DNA of 64,000 nt from Escherichia coli (GCF_002854065.1 NZ_CP024147.1); one strand, 5' to 3'. Positions 1-13,905 are shown, counted from the first letter of the stretch. Notes: a model not told the origin generated them from the sequence alone. Numbers and translations: made by a program.

Positions 1-594
1 ATTGATTCCAGCCGTTGCACCGGTTGCAAAACCTGCGAGCTGGCTTGTAAAGACTACAAAGATTTGACGCCAGAAGTCAGCTTCCGCCGCATTTATGAAT
101 ATGCTGGTGGCGACTGGCAGGAAGATAACGGTGTCTGGCACCAGAACGTGTTTGCCTACTATCTGTCGATTTCGTGCAACCACTGCGAAGATCCGGCTTG
201 TACTAAAGTCTGCCCGAGCGGTGCGATGCATAAACGTGAAGATGGTTTTGTTGTGGTCGATGAAGATGTGTGCATTGGCTGCCGCTACTGCCATATGGCT
301 TGCCCGTATGGCGCACCGCAATATAACGAAACGAAAAGCCATATGACCAAATGCGATGGTTGTTATGACCGTGTTGCGGAGGGTAAAAAGCCGATCTGTG
401 TTGAATCTTGTCCGCTGCGGGCGCTGGATTTCGGCCCTATCGACGAGCTGCGTAAAAAACATGGCGATCTGGCGGCCGTTGCGCCGTTGCCGCGAGCTCA
501 CTTTACCAAACCGAATATTGTGATCAAACCCAATGCCAATAGCCGCCCGACCGGGGATACCACTGGCTATCTGGCAAACCCGAAGGAGGTGTGA
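1..594 (+). CDS. dmsB: DMSO reductase iron-sulfur subunit, 5'-truncated at window edge
   Basis: Frame open from position 1 to TGA at 592-594; ferredoxin-type Cys clusters (e.g. CIGCRYCHMACP); immediately followed by dmsC. Confidence 0.9.
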   Translation: MDSSRCTGCKTCELACKDYKDLTPEVSFRRIYEYAGGDWQEDNGVWHQNVFAYYLSISCNHCEDPACTKVCPSGAMHKREDGFVVVDEDVCIGCRYCHMACPYGAPQYNETKSHMTKCDGCYDRVAEGKKPICVESCPLRALDFGPIDELRKKHGDLAAVAPLPRAHFTKPNIVIKPNANSRPTGDTTGYLANPKEV

Positions 595-595
595 G

Positions 596-1459
596 ATGGG
601 AAGTGGATGGCATGAATGGCCGCTGATGATCTTCACGGTCTTCGGGCAATGTGTGGCGGGTGGTTTTATCGTTCTGGCTTTGGCGCTGCTCAAAGGCGAC
701 CTGCGAGCAGAAACCCAGCAGCGTGTTATCGCCTGCATGTTTGGCTTATGGGTGCTGATGGGCATTGGCTTTATCGCCTCTATGCTCCATCTTGGTTCAC
801 CGATGCGCGCCTTTAACTCGCTCAACCGGGTAGGGGCTTCAGCACTCAGTAACGAAATCGCCAGCGGTTCGATCTTTTTTGCTGTAGGCGGCATCGGCTG
901 GTTGCTGGCAATGCTGAAAAAGCTGTCACCGGCATTGCGTACGCTGTGGCTGGTAGTGACGATGGTTCTTGGCGTAGTCTTTGTCTGGATGATGGTGCGT
1001 GTCTATAACAGCATTGATACCGTTCCGACCTGGTACAGCATCTGGACGCCGATGGGCTTCTTCCTGACAATGTTTATGGGCGGCCCGTTACTGGGTTACC
1101 TGTTGCTGAGTCTGGCTGGCGTCGATGGCTGGGCGATGCGTCTGCTGCCAGCCATTTCTGTACTTGCACTGGTAGTGAGTGGCGTGATGTCAGTGATGCA
1201 GGGCGCAGAGCTGGCGACTATTCATAGTTCTGTGCAGCAGGCTGCAGCGCTGGTGCCGGACTATGGTGCGCTGATGTCCTGGCGGATCGTGCTTTTGGCC
1301 GTTGCCCTGTGCTTGTGGATTGCACCACAGCTAAAAGGTTATCAGCCTGCGGTTCCGCTACTATCCGTCTCATTCATTCTGCTTCTGGCAGGGGAATTAA
1401 TCGGTCGCGGCGTATTCTATGGTTTGCATATGACCGTGGGGATGGCCGTCGCAAGCTAA
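596..1459 (+). CDS. dmsC: DMSO reductase membrane anchor subunit
   Basis: ATG at 596 one base after the dmsB stop; 287-aa hydrophobic protein MGSGWHEWPLMIF... Confidence 0.9.
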   Translation: MGSGWHEWPLMIFTVFGQCVAGGFIVLALALLKGDLRAETQQRVIACMFGLWVLMGIGFIASMLHLGSPMRAFNSLNRVGASALSNEIASGSIFFAVGGIGWLLAMLKKLSPALRTLWLVVTMVLGVVFVWMMVRVYNSIDTVPTWYSIWTPMGFFLTMFMGGPLLGYLLLSLAGVDGWAMRLLPAISVLALVVSGVMSVMQGAELATIHSSVQQAAALVPDYGALMSWRIVLLAVALCLWIAPQLKGYQPAVPLLSVSFILLLAGELIGRGVFYGLHMTVGMAVAS

Positions 1460-1467
1460 TCAGTAAC

Positions 1468-1500
1468 AACCGGGGTTTCGGCCCCGGTTCTCTTTTATTT
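1468..1500. terminator. intrinsic terminator hairpin between convergent dmsC and ycaC
   Basis: aaCCGGGGtttcggCCCCGGtt followed by a T-run. Confidence 0.6.
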
Positions 1501-2121
1501 CTGCTTCGTTAACGTGTCATAACTGGTCATCAAATTACGATAATCAGGAATGTGGTTAGAGAACAACGTCGCCAGTCCTTCAATATCATTACGCCAGTCA
1601 CGGTGCAGCTCGCAAGCCACGCCGAACCATGTCATCAATTGCGCACCTGCTTGCGACATGCGATCCCATGCCGAATGCCGGGTAATTTCATTAAAGGTCC
1701 CTGACGCGTCAGTCACAACAAAGACATCAAACCCTTCTTCAATGGCTGAAAGCGCCGGGAATGCCACGCAAACTTCGGTTACCACACCGGCAATAATTAA
1801 CTGTTTTTTACCTGTCGCTTTGACTGCTTTTACAAAATCTTCGTTATCCCAGGCGTTAATATTGCCCGGGCGAGCAATGTAAGGTGCATCGGGGAATTGT
1901 GCTTTCAGTTCTGGAACTAATGGGCCGTTAGGACCGGTTTCAAAACTGGTGGTAAGAATAGTTGGTAAGTTGAAATACTTAGCCAGGTCACCCAGCGCCA
2001 GCACGTTATTTTTAAACTTATCGGGTTCGATATCCCGTACAAGGGAAAGTAAACCAGCCTGGTGATCAACAAGCAAAACGGCAGCATCATTTTTATCAAG
2101 ACGAACATACGGTTTGGTCAT
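1495..2121 (-). CDS. ycaC: isochorismatase-family hydrolase
   Basis: 208-aa ORF MTKPYVRLDKNDAAVLLVDHQ..., recognised as YcaC. Confidence 0.85.
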   Translation of the reverse strand: MTKPYVRLDKNDAAVLLVDHQAGLLSLVRDIEPDKFKNNVLALGDLAKYFNLPTILTTSFETGPNGPLVPELKAQFPDAPYIARPGNINAWDNEDFVKAVKATGKKQLIIAGVVTEVCVAFPALSAIEEGFDVFVVTDASGTFNEITRHSAWDRMSQAGAQLMTWFGVACELHRDWRNDIEGLATLFSNHIPDYRNLMTSYDTLTKQK

Positions 2122-2435
2122 CCTCTTCTCCTTTCGAGAGTCAGTGGTACGTCTGAAATCGGTCAGACGCGATGCATTGCTCTGAAAGCTTAGACGGGAA
2201 ATATGAGTTTGCTGTGACCATGAAATTTTTCGACTGAACGAAGCGTATGAAATTTGTGTTAGATCAATAAAAACAATCAGATGAGATTAATCATCTCTTC
2301 AGTATTAGCGTTATGAATGAGTAATATAAATCGATAATACCGCCGTTGCGATATGCGCGTATTTTCACCCATTGACAATGTTTTTGGCGGTGGCATGATG
2401 CGCATGAAATTTGAACTTCCTCACGGTTTTAATTC

Positions 2436-3584
2436 ATGTCCACGTATACCCGGCCTGTCATGCTTTTGCTGTCTGGCCTGCTTTTGTTGACTCTGGCGAT
2501 CGCGGTGTTAAATACACTCGTGCCGCTTTGGCTCGCCCAGGAACACATGTCCACATGGCAGGTAGGCGTTGTCAGCTCATCCTATTTTACCGGCAACCTT
2601 GTCGGTACATTGCTGACAGGGTATGTCATTAAATGCATTGGCTTTAACCGCAGCTATTATCTGGCCTCCTTCATTTTTGCCGCTGGCTGTGCCGGCCTTG
2701 GCCTGATGATTGGTTTCTGGAGCTGGTTGGCGTGGCGTTTTGTCGCGGGCGTCGGCTGTGCCATGATTTGGGTAGTCGTTGAGAGCGCGCTGATGTGCAG
2801 TGGGACGTCACGTAACCGTGGGCGTTTGCTTGCTGCGTATATGATGGTTTATTACGTGGGAACGTTTTTAGGCCAGTTACTGGTCAGCAAAGTCTCAACC
2901 GAGCTGATGAGCGTATTGCCGTGGGTTACAGGTTTGACGTTGGCAGGGATCTTACCGCTGTTGTTTACGCGTGTCCTGAATCAGCAGGCTGAAAACCATG
3001 ATTCGACGTCAATTACGTCAATGCTAAAACTCCGTCAGGCGCGGCTTGGCGTGAATGGCTGCATTATCTCAGGAATCGTTCTGGGATCTCTATATGGCCT
3101 GATGCCGTTGTACCTCAATCACAAAGGGGTGAGCAATGCCAGCATTGGTTTCTGGATGGCGGTACTGGTCAGTGCGGGTATCCTCGGACAATGGCCGATT
3201 GGACGTCTGGCGGATAAGTTTGGTCGACTGCTGGTGTTGCGTGTTCAGGTCTTTGTCGTCATTCTCGGCAGTATCGCGATGCTTAGCCAGGCGGCGATGG
3301 CCCCAGCGTTATTCATCCTCGGTGCCGCTGGCTTTACGCTATATCCGGTGGCGATGGCCTGGGCTTGTGAGAAAGTTGAACATCATCAACTGGTGGCGAT
3401 GAACCAGGCCTTACTGTTGAGCTATACCGTGGGAAGTCTGCTTGGCCCGTCATTTACCGCTATGCTAATGCAGAATTTCTCCGATAATTTATTGTTTATC
3501 ATGATCGCCAGCGTATCGTTTATCTATTTGCTGATGCTGCTTCGCAACGCCGGTCATACGCCGAAACCCGTTGCTCACGTGTAA
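2436..3584 (+). CDS. ycaD: MFS transporter
   Basis: 382-aa multi-helix hydrophobic ORF, recognised as YcaD. Confidence 0.85.
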   Translation: MSTYTRPVMLLLSGLLLLTLAIAVLNTLVPLWLAQEHMSTWQVGVVSSSYFTGNLVGTLLTGYVIKCIGFNRSYYLASFIFAAGCAGLGLMIGFWSWLAWRFVAGVGCAMIWVVVESALMCSGTSRNRGRLLAAYMMVYYVGTFLGQLLVSKVSTELMSVLPWVTGLTLAGILPLLFTRVLNQQAENHDSTSITSMLKLRQARLGVNGCIISGIVLGSLYGLMPLYLNHKGVSNASIGFWMAVLVSAGILGQWPIGRLADKFGRLLVLRVQVFVVILGSIAMLSQAAMAPALFILGAAGFTLYPVAMAWACEKVEHHQLVAMNQALLLSYTVGSLLGPSFTAMLMQNFSDNLLFIMIASVSFIYLLMLLRNAGHTPKPVAHV

Positions 3585-3594
3585 ATGAATTCAA

Positions 3595-3632
3595 GCAGAG
3601 TGTGAACTTACTGTTTCACACTCTGCTTTTTT
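3595..3632 (+). terminator. intrinsic terminator after ycaD
   Basis: GCAGAGTGTGAA-loop-TTCACACTCTGC followed by TTTTTT. Confidence 0.7.
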
Positions 3633-3793
3633 GTTTCTTCTATCTGACTTGCTTTTTTCCAAATTTTATTCGTTTAAAAATAAAATGTGCAGCAGGTTAT
3701 AATTTTGCATTTCGCTATTTCCGCACTTCTTATTTGCCGCGCATAATCCCTCGTTTTACAGATGCCCCTTTAATTTTGGCGAAGGATTTGTCT

Positions 3794-5224
3794 ATGGCTG
3801 GGAATGTTCAGGAAAAACAGCTGCGATGGTACAACATTGCGCTGATGTCTTTTATCACTGTCTGGGGTTTTGGCAACGTTGTTAATAACTATGCCAACCA
3901 GGGGCTGGTGGTTGTTTTTTCATGGGTGTTTATCTTTGCGCTCTATTTCACACCTTATGCGCTAATTGTTGGACAGTTAGGCTCGACCTTCAAAGATGGG
4001 AAGGGCGGGGTCAGTACCTGGATTAAACACACGATGGGACCCGGACTGGCTTACCTCGCCGCGTGGACCTACTGGGTGGTGCATATTCCCTATCTGGCAC
4101 AAAAACCCCAGGCAATACTGATTGCGCTCGGTTGGGCGATGAAAGGCGACGGTTCGCTAATCAAAGAATATTCAGTCGTAGCGTTACAGGGGTTAACGCT
4201 GGTGCTGTTTATCTTCTTTATGTGGGTTGCTTCACGCGGTATGAAATCGCTGAAAATCGTCGGTTCTGTGGCAGGGATTGCGATGTTTGTTATGTCGCTC
4301 CTGTATGTGGCGATGGCGGTAACCGCGCCTGCGATTACTGAAGTGCATATTGCGACCACAAACATTACCTGGGAAACGTTCATTCCTCATATCGACTTTA
4401 CCTACATTACCACTATTTCAATGCTGGTTTTCGCGGTTGGCGGAGCAGAGAAGATTTCTCCTTACGTTAATCAAACGCGCAACCCAGGAAAAGAATTTCC
4501 AAAAGGGATGCTATGCCTGGCGGTGATGGTTGCGGTTTGTGCCATTCTGGGCTCACTGGCGATGGGGATGATGTTTGACTCGCGTAATATCCCGGATGAC
4601 TTAATGACTAACGGTCAATATTACGCTTTTCAGAAGCTGGGCGAGTATTACAACATGGGTAATACTTTAATGGTGATTTACGCCATTGCGAATACCCTGG
4701 GACAAGTAGCTGCGCTGGTATTCTCGATTGATGCCCCGCTTAAAGTGCTATTAGGTGATGCTGACAGCAAATATATTCCAGCCAGTTTATGTCGTACCAA
4801 CGCTTCTGGTACGCCCGTTAATGGCTATTTTCTGACCCTGGTGCTGGTGGCAATTCTGATTATGCTGCCGACTCTCGGCATCGGTGATATGAACAATCTC
4901 TATAAATGGCTGTTGAATCTTAACTCGGTAGTGATGCCGCTGCGTTATTTATGGGTATTTGTTGCATTTATTGCAGTCGTTCGCCTGGCGCAGAAATATA
5001 AACCAGAATATGTCTTTATTCGTAATAAGCCTCTGGCAATGACCGTCGGGATTTGGTGTTTTGCCTTTACCGCCTTTGCCTGTTTGACGGGGATCTTCCC
5101 GAAAATGGAAGCCTTCACTGCAGAGTGGACCTTCCAGTTGGCGCTGAATGTTGCAACGCCGTTTGTGCTGGTAGGATTAGGACTGATATTCCCGCTGCTG
5201 GCGCGTAAAGCGAATAGTAAATAA
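3794..5224 (+). CDS. ycaM: APC-family amino acid transporter (putative)
   Basis: ORF track extends to 3602; internal ATG at 3794 (MAGNVQEKQLRWYNIALMSF) gives the 476-aa protein; multi-pass membrane protein. Confidence 0.8.
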   Translation: MAGNVQEKQLRWYNIALMSFITVWGFGNVVNNYANQGLVVVFSWVFIFALYFTPYALIVGQLGSTFKDGKGGVSTWIKHTMGPGLAYLAAWTYWVVHIPYLAQKPQAILIALGWAMKGDGSLIKEYSVVALQGLTLVLFIFFMWVASRGMKSLKIVGSVAGIAMFVMSLLYVAMAVTAPAITEVHIATTNITWETFIPHIDFTYITTISMLVFAVGGAEKISPYVNQTRNPGKEFPKGMLCLAVMVAVCAILGSLAMGMMFDSRNIPDDLMTNGQYYAFQKLGEYYNMGNTLMVIYAIANTLGQVAALVFSIDAPLKVLLGDADSKYIPASLCRTNASGTPVNGYFLTLVLVAILIMLPTLGIGDMNNLYKWLLNLNSVVMPLRYLWVFVAFIAVVRLAQKYKPEYVFIRNKPLAMTVGIWCFAFTAFACLTGIFPKMEAFTAEWTFQLALNVATPFVLVGLGLIFPLLARKANSK

Positions 5225-5391
5225 TTATTGTGGTCGGTGACGCTGACTCTGGCAGATCTGACCCGTTTTTACATAATCGAGAAATGCGCGCAAGCCGCAG
5301 GACATATACTGGCGGTTTGGGTAATACATTTGGAAGCTGTGCTGTAAGGGCGTTAGAAATAGAGCTCTGAATTATTTATGCAGCGCGGAAT

Positions 5392-5424
5392 AAAAAAGCG
5401 GCAACTCAATAAAGTTGCCGCTTT
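5392..5424 (-). terminator. intrinsic terminator after pflA (hairpin shared with convergent ycaM)
   Basis: GCGGCAACT-caataa-AGTTGCCGC flanked by an A6 run (T-run on minus strand). Confidence 0.7.
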
Positions 5425-5433
5425 ACGGGGAAA

Positions 5434-6174
5434 TTAGAACATTACCTTATGACCGTACTGCTCAAGAATGCCTTTCACGCGTTCCATGGTTTCTTTCTTC
5501 GGTGGTTTAACACCATCGAGTTTGTATTCTTCACCCATCGCCACCCATTTGTGTTTGCCCAGTTCGTGGTAGGGGAGAAGTTCGATTTTCTCAACGTTAC
5601 CCATATCACGGGTAAATTCACCGAGGCGATGCGCTGAATCGTCATCGTCAGACCAGCCTGGGACAACAACGTAGCGGATCCACACCTTCACATTTTTGTT
5701 CGCCAGATATTTAGCGAACTCCAGCGTGCGGTGGTTGGAAACTCCAACCAGATTTTGGTGGATCTCGTCGTTCATCTGTTTGAGATCGAGCATTACCAGG
5801 TCGGTTACTTCCAGCAGTTCATCAATCACCGGATCGTAACGACGAACAAAACCGTTGGTATCCAGACAGGTATGAATGCCTTCTTTTTTACAGGCGCGGA
5901 ACCAGTCACGAACAAACTCAGCTTGCAGGATTGCTTCACCGCCGGATGCGGTAACGCCGCCGCCGGAAGCGTTCATAAAGTGGCGATAGGTCACCACTTC
6001 CTTCATCAAATCTTCAACGGTAACTTCTTTACCGCCATGCGTGTCCCAGGTGTCGCGGTTATGACAATACAGGCAGCGCATCAGGCAGCCCTGGAAAAAG
6101 GTGATAAAGCGAATACCCGGGCCGTCTACGGTTCCACAGGATTCAAAGGAGTGAATGCGACCAATAACTGACAT
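5434..6174 (-). CDS. pflA: pyruvate formate-lyase activating enzyme (radical SAM)
   Basis: Start at [20 protein letters not shown]; CxxxCxxC radical-SAM motif ([10 protein letters not shown]); downstream of pflB on the same strand. Confidence 0.9.
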   Translation of the reverse strand: MSVIGRIHSFESCGTVDGPGIRFITFFQGCLMRCLYCHNRDTWDTHGGKEVTVEDLMKEVVTYRHFMNASGGGVTASGGEAILQAEFVRDWFRACKKEGIHTCLDTNGFVRRYDPVIDELLEVTDLVMLDLKQMNDEIHQNLVGVSNHRTLEFAKYLANKNVKVWIRYVVVPGWSDDDDSAHRLGEFTRDMGNVEKIELLPYHELGKHKWVAMGEEYKLDGVKPPKKETMERVKGILEQYGHKVMF

Positions 6175-6295
6175 TGCGGTGTTTCTCCAGATGTGGCCCA
6201 TCTGAGGCCGTGTTGGTGCGCAGCTCGAAGGCTACGTCGAGTCTGTTTTGGCAGTCACCTTAAAGTATAGATAGCTGACAAAAAAGGCTCTCGTG

Positions 6296-6325
6296 CTAAA
6301 AAAGGCCCCACTTTCGTGGAGCCTT
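6296..6325 (-). terminator. putative terminator/attenuator between pflB and pflA
   Basis: Imperfect hairpin GGCCCCA...TGGAGCC flanked by A-runs. Confidence 0.45.
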
Positions 6326-6365
6326 TATTGTACGCTTTTTACTGTACGATTTCAGTCAAATCTAA

Positions 6366-8648
<2,283 letters not shown>

Positions 8649-8702
8649 GTAACACCTACCTTCTTAAGTGGATTTTTTATTTACTGCGTACTTCGACAAC
8701 CA

Positions 8703-9560
8703 TTAATGGTGATCGTTTTCACGCAGGTAAATGACCCAGTATGTCAACCCAACCAACAAACCACCGCCGATAATATTACCGATCGTAACCGGAATCAGGT
8801 TATCAGTGATGAAGTTCATCACGGTCAGGTGAGAAAAATTTTCCGGTGCAGAACCGACAGCGGTCCAGAATTCCGGAGATGCGAAGTCGCGGATTACAAT
8901 ACCCATCGGGATCATAAACATGTTTGCGATACTGTGCTCAAAACCGCTGGCAACAAACATCGCGACCGGCAGCACCATGATAAACGCTTTGTCCATCAGG
9001 CTGCGGCCAGAATAACTCATCCATACTGCCAGACATACCATCAGGTTTGCCAGGATACCAAGGCAGACGGCCTCAATAAAAGTATGGTGCACTTTGTGGT
9101 CGGCGGTTTGTAGGACGTTTAGTCCCCATTGACCATTTGCGGTCATATACTCGCCGGAAAGCCACATTAAAAGTACAAACAGCAGTGCGCCGACCAAGTT
9201 GCCAAAATAGACATTTAGCCAGTTTTTAGCCAACTGACCCCAGGTGATGCGCCCACTCGCCTTAGCAACAACAATCAACACTGTGGAAGTAAAGAGATCG
9301 GCTCCGCAGACAACACAAAGAATCAGCCCCAGAGAGAAGCAAATGCCGCCAACCAGTTTTGCCATGCCGAAGGGCATTGTGCCTGTGCCAGTAGTTGCTG
9401 TGATATAGAAGACGAATGCGATTGAGATGAAAACACCGGCGGTAATCGCCAGATAGAAAGTCTTAAGCGGATGTTTCGTTGCTTTATAGACACCCGCCTC
9501 TTCGGCCACTTTGGCCATTGCAGCAGGAAGTAAAAGATCAAAAGGGTTGTCAGCTTTCAC
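8703..9560 (-). CDS. focA: formate channel
   Basis: ORF track over-extends to 9899; GTG start at 9560 gives 285 aa (VKADNPFDLLLPAAMAKV...); membrane protein upstream of pflB. Confidence 0.85.
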   Translation of the reverse strand: MKADNPFDLLLPAAMAKVAEEAGVYKATKHPLKTFYLAITAGVFISIAFVFYITATTGTGTMPFGMAKLVGGICFSLGLILCVVCGADLFTSTVLIVVAKASGRITWGQLAKNWLNVYFGNLVGALLFVLLMWLSGEYMTANGQWGLNVLQTADHKVHHTFIEAVCLGILANLMVCLAVWMSYSGRSLMDKAFIMVLPVAMFVASGFEHSIANMFMIPMGIVIRDFASPEFWTAVGSAPENFSHLTVMNFITDNLIPVTIGNIIGGGLLVGLTYWVIYLRENDHH

Positions 9561-9620
9561 ACTAACTCTCTCTTTATTAAGTCGGCGACGAGATACTAAC
9601 AAAGCATTATAGATGAGAAA

Positions 9621-9634
9621 TTGATATAGATCAT
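9621..9634 (-). promoter_or_regulatory. FNR-like site (TTGAT-N4-ATCAT) upstream of focA
   Basis: TTGATATAGATCAT, 9/10 match to TTGAT-N4-ATCAA, about 65 bp upstream of the focA start in an AT-rich leader. Confidence 0.4.
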
Positions 9635-9965
9635 ATCTCGCCTGGCTTATAGGCCCGTAACTCGCATGGTTTTTATGCAAATACGGAGTAAATATTTGAT
9701 TATCCAAATAAAAATAAATTTTAAAAATTAACAAATGAGTTGAATTTTTTCCGCATCCTCCGCTAAAACAGTTAATTAAAAGGGAGCACCAGGCGAATAA
9801 AGTAACAATATCGATCGTATTTATTAAATACAAATTACCGATATTTAACCTTATAATTACAATTATTTTATTAATGCAAATATATGTAAAGCGGGGCATT
9901 AAAAAAACGCCCCGTAATATAACTCAGACGAATCATTAAGCCTACATTGCGTAGGCTATTTGATT

Positions 9966-11726
9966 TTATTTTGCCCAGAATGCTGCTTTGGCGCGCTGCA
10001 GCTTTTCGTAGGCCTTCAACAGCGACTGATGTGCAGCAAACGCGTGCAGATCGCTATCTACTGGTTGCAAGCCATAAAACGCCGCTTCGCCGCTCATTGC
10101 CGCACTGGCGGCTTCCACGGCATCTGCGCCGTACATGCGAACAAACGCATTCAGATATTGCAGCGGCTGGCGATCTTCTTCCTGTGCCAGTAATAACAAC
10201 GTTTGCAGGCAGCGATAATAGTTGGCGCGTTCCGGGCTGAATACCGATGAGTTAAACTCCATCGTCCATTCGGTCCAGACCAGAGCCTGTTCCAGATCGC
10301 CACCAGCCAGCGCCAGCATGGCTTTTAATTCACCGATACGCAGGGTGTACCAACCGTTATCCGACCCGGTCGCCAGACCCAACAGCTCACGCACGCGGGT
10401 AAAGTCATCAAAACCTTCTTCATCCAGTTGCTCGATGAGGTTCAGGTAATCTTCTTTTTCCCACTCGCTGCCTGGTAGCGAAAGAATCGTTTCACGTAAA
10501 TGGCTGCCCATACTGTTATTCGCGAGCCACAGATCTTCAGCCGGATAAATATCGGACATGCCAGGCACGATAATACGGCAAGCATAAACGCCCAGATGCT
10601 CGTAATCGGCAATATAAACTTCTTTATCTTCTTTGTTGAAGATAGCCATCAGCGTGGCAAACTCTTCTTCCGTGGTGCCGGAGAAATTCCAGTCCACAAA
10701 CGGATAATCGGCATCCTGCTTGAACAGGTCCCAGGAGATTAAACCGCTGGAATCGATAAAGTGCGTTTCGAGGTTGGTATGTTCAGCGACTTCTTCATCA
10801 TCGAAGGTTGGCGGAGTAAACACATCCAAATCTTTCAGGCCACGACCTTGCAGCAGCTCGGTCACGGTACGTTCCAGTGCTACGCCAAAATCAGGATGCG
10901 CACCGAAAGAGGCAAAGCAGGTGCCGTTAGCAGGATTAAACAGTACCACGCAAATCACCGGATACTGGCCGCCAAGCGAACCGTCATAAGCGAAGATCGG
11001 GAAACCTTCCGCTTCCAGTGTTTCGATCGCTTCAACCACCGCTGGGTAACGCGCCAGCACGTCTGCCGGGATTTCCGGCAAGCTGATGCTTTCAGCAATA
11101 ATGCGGTTTTTCACGTAGCGTTCGAAAACTTCGGACAACCCCTGAACGCGTGCTTCGTTGCGGGTATTGCCAGCGGACATACCGTTAGAAACGTACAGGT
11201 TACCAATGATATTCATCGGAATATAAACGGTCTGATTGTCGGACTGGCGCGTAAACGGCAGACCGCAAATACCACGATCTTCGTTACCGGATTGTAGGTC
11301 AATCAGCATACTGCCGGTCAATTCATTCTCCGGATCGTAAAATGCGCGCAGACGGTCATCGAGCAGCCCTTCTGGCACATCGTCATTTTCGGTCAGTGGG
11401 AACCATTTTTCGTTGGGATAATGCACAAATGGACCGTTGGCGATGGTTTCGCCCAGCCAGAAATCAGCAAAAAAGTAGTTGGTTGAGAGACGCTCGAAAT
11501 ATTCACCGAGTGCAGAAGCCTGCGCCGCTTTCTTGGTTGCGCCTTTACCGTTGGTAAAACACAGTGCGCACTCTTTGTCGCGAATATGTACAGACCAGAC
11601 GTTAGGCACGGGATTCAGCCAGGAGGCCTCTTCAATCTGAAAGCCGAGGTCTGAAAGTTTTTGCTGGAAGCGAGCGATGGAATCTTCCAGAGCGGCATCT
11701 TTGCCGGGGATAAATGTTTGCGTCAT
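9966..11726 (-). CDS. ycaO: YcaO-domain protein (ribosomal protein S12 methylthiolation accessory factor)
   Basis: 586-aa ORF from ATG at 11726 (MTQTFIPGKDAALEDSIARFQ...), recognised as YcaO. Confidence 0.85.
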   Translation of the reverse strand: MTQTFIPGKDAALEDSIARFQQKLSDLGFQIEEASWLNPVPNVWSVHIRDKECALCFTNGKGATKKAAQASALGEYFERLSTNYFFADFWLGETIANGPFVHYPNEKWFPLTENDDVPEGLLDDRLRAFYDPENELTGSMLIDLQSGNEDRGICGLPFTRQSDNQTVYIPMNIIGNLYVSNGMSAGNTRNEARVQGLSEVFERYVKNRIIAESISLPEIPADVLARYPAVVEAIETLEAEGFPIFAYDGSLGGQYPVICVVLFNPANGTCFASFGAHPDFGVALERTVTELLQGRGLKDLDVFTPPTFDDEEVAEHTNLETHFIDSSGLISWDLFKQDADYPFVDWNFSGTTEEEFATLMAIFNKEDKEVYIADYEHLGVYACRIIVPGMSDIYPAEDLWLANNSMGSHLRETILSLPGSEWEKEDYLNLIEQLDEEGFDDFTRVRELLGLATGSDNGWYTLRIGELKAMLALAGGDLEQALVWTEWTMEFNSSVFSPERANYYRCLQTLLLLAQEEDRQPLQYLNAFVRMYGADAVEAASAAMSGEAAFYGLQPVDSDLHAFAAHQSLLKAYEKLQRAKAAFWAK

Positions 11727-11855
11727 GAAAATCACTTTAGTCGTACGGAAAGCGCGCAATAATACGGGTTTTATCTCAAAGGCGCTATCACCGCCGCCAT
11801 GCCGATGAACTGTTGACTATGCTTTTAGCGGATAAACCACGTTAAGAGCATAAAA

Positions 11856-12548
11856 ATGAAGGCGTTCGATCTCCACCGTATGGCATTTGATAAAGTGCCT
11901 TTTGATTTCCTTGGCGAAGTTGCACTACGTAGTCTGTATACCTTTGTACTGGTTTTTTTGTTCCTCAAAATGACCGGAAGACGCGGAGTGCGGCAGATGT
12001 CGCTGTTTGAAGTGTTAATCATTCTGACGCTGGGGTCAGCGGCGGGAGATGTGGCGTTTTATGATGATGTGCCGATGGTCCCGGTACTTATCGTCTTTAT
12101 CACTCTGGCGTTGTTATACCGCCTGGTAATGTGGTTGATGGCACACAGTGAAAAACTGGAAGATCTTCTGGAAGGTAAGCCGGTTGTCATTATTGAAGAT
12201 GGCGAGCTGGCCTGGTCGAAACTCAATAACTCCAACATGACGGAATTTGAGTTCTTTATGGAGCTACGATTGCGCGGTGTAGAGCAGCTGGGGCAAGTAC
12301 GTCTGGCGATTCTCGAAACCAACGGGCAAATCAGTGTCTATTTCTTTGAAGATGACAAGGTGAAACCGGGTTTACTTATTTTACCCAGTGATTGTACTCA
12401 GCGTTACAAAGTGGTGCCGGAGTCGGCGGACTATGCCTGCATCCGTTGTAGTGAAATCATTCATATGAACGCGGGGGAAAAACAATTATGTCCGCGCTGT
12501 GCAAATCCAGAATGGACGAAGGCAAGTCGGGCTAAACGGGTGACCTGA
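11856..12548 (+). CDS. ycaP: DUF421-family inner membrane protein
   Basis: 230-aa ORF, recognised as YcaP. Confidence 0.8.
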   Translation: MKAFDLHRMAFDKVPFDFLGEVALRSLYTFVLVFLFLKMTGRRGVRQMSLFEVLIILTLGSAAGDVAFYDDVPMVPVLIVFITLALLYRLVMWLMAHSEKLEDLLEGKPVVIIEDGELAWSKLNNSNMTEFEFFMELRLRGVEQLGQVRLAILETNGQISVYFFEDDKVKPGLLILPSDCTQRYKVVPESADYACIRCSEIIHMNAGEKQLCPRCANPEWTKASRAKRVT

Positions 12549-12746
12549 CAGCAAAAATATCGGTTTTTTGGTAATAATCCGAGAGATTCTGTTGTGTGAC
12601 GCGTGCCGCATTTTTGCCCTCAACGGTTTTACCCATTGCGATGCGTGTCACTGAATGATAAAACCGATAGCCACAGGAATAACATATTACCCGCGGTCGC
12701 AATCGATTGACTGGGGGTTAATGGCAACGCAACGTGGTGAGGGGAA

Positions 12747-13835
12747 ATGGCTCAAATCTTCAATTTTAGTTCTGGTCCGGCAATGCTACCGGCAGAGGTG
12801 CTTAAACAGGCTCAACAGGAACTGCGTGACTGGAACGGTCTTGGTACGTCGGTGATGGAAGTGAGTCACCGTGGCAAAGAGTTCATTCAGGTTGCAGAGG
12901 AAGCCGAGAAGGATTTTCGCGATCTTCTTAATGTCCCCTCCAACTACAAGGTATTGTTCTGCCATGGCGGCGGTCGCGGTCAGTTTGCTGCTGTTCCGCT
13001 GAATATTCTCGGTGATAAAACCACCGCAGATTATGTTGATGCCGGTTACTGGGCGGCAAGTGCCATCAAAGAAGCGAAAAAATACTGCACGCCTAATGTC
13101 TTTGACGCCAAAGTGACTGTTGATGGTCTGCGCGCGGTTAAGCCAATGCGAGAATGGCAACTCTCTGATAATGCTGCTTATATGCATTACTGCCCGAATG
13201 AAACCATCGACGGTATCGCCATCGACGAAACGCCAGACTTCGGCAAAGATGTGGTGGTCGCCGCCGACTTCTCTTCAACCATTCTTTCCCGTCCGATTGA
13301 CGTTAGCCGTTATGGCGTGATTTACGCTGGCGCGCAGAAAAATATCGGCCCGGCAGGCCTGACAATCGTCATCGTTCGTGAAGATTTGCTGGGCAAAGCG
13401 AATATCGCGTGTCCGTCGATTCTGGATTATTCCATCCTCAACGATAACGGCTCCATGTTTAACACGCCGCCGACATTTGCCTGGTATCTGTCTGGTCTGG
13501 TCTTTAAATGGCTGAAAGCGAACGGCGGTGTAGCTGAAATGGATAAAATCAATCAGCAAAAAGCAGAACTGCTGTATGGGGTAATTGATAACAGCGATTT
13601 CTACCGCAATGACGTGGCGAAAGCTAACCGTTCGCGGATGAACGTACCATTCCAGTTGGCAGACAGTGCGCTTGACAAATTGTTCCTTGAAGAGTCTTTT
13701 GCTGCAGGCCTTCATGCACTGAAAGGTCACCGTGTGGTCGGCGGAATGCGCGCGTCCATTTATAACGCCATGCCGCTGGAAGGCGTTAAAGCGCTGACAG
13801 ACTTCATGGTTGAGTTCGAACGCCGTCACGGCTAA
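12747..13835 (+). CDS. serC: phosphoserine aminotransferase
   Basis: 362-aa [24 protein letters not shown]... Confidence 0.95.
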
Positions 13836-13854
13836 TGCCGAAATTTTGCTTAAT

Positions 13855-13882
13855 CCCCACAGCCAGCCTGTGGGGTTTTTAT
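13855..13882 (+). terminator. hairpin with T-run between serC and aroA (partial terminator/attenuator)
   Basis: CCCCACAG-ccagc-CTGTGGGG followed by TTTTTATTTCT. Confidence 0.65.
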
Positions 13883-13905
13883 TTCTGTTGTAGAGAGTTG
13901 AGTTC

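Noticed and set aside
8703-9899. 398-aa extended focA ORF from the track (and similar 5' extensions of ycaM, pflA, ycaO, asnS, pncB, ssuA, pyrD, zapC)
   Set aside because: The extensions run into AT-rich promoter sequence or a neighbouring gene; internal start codons match the known protein N-termini.
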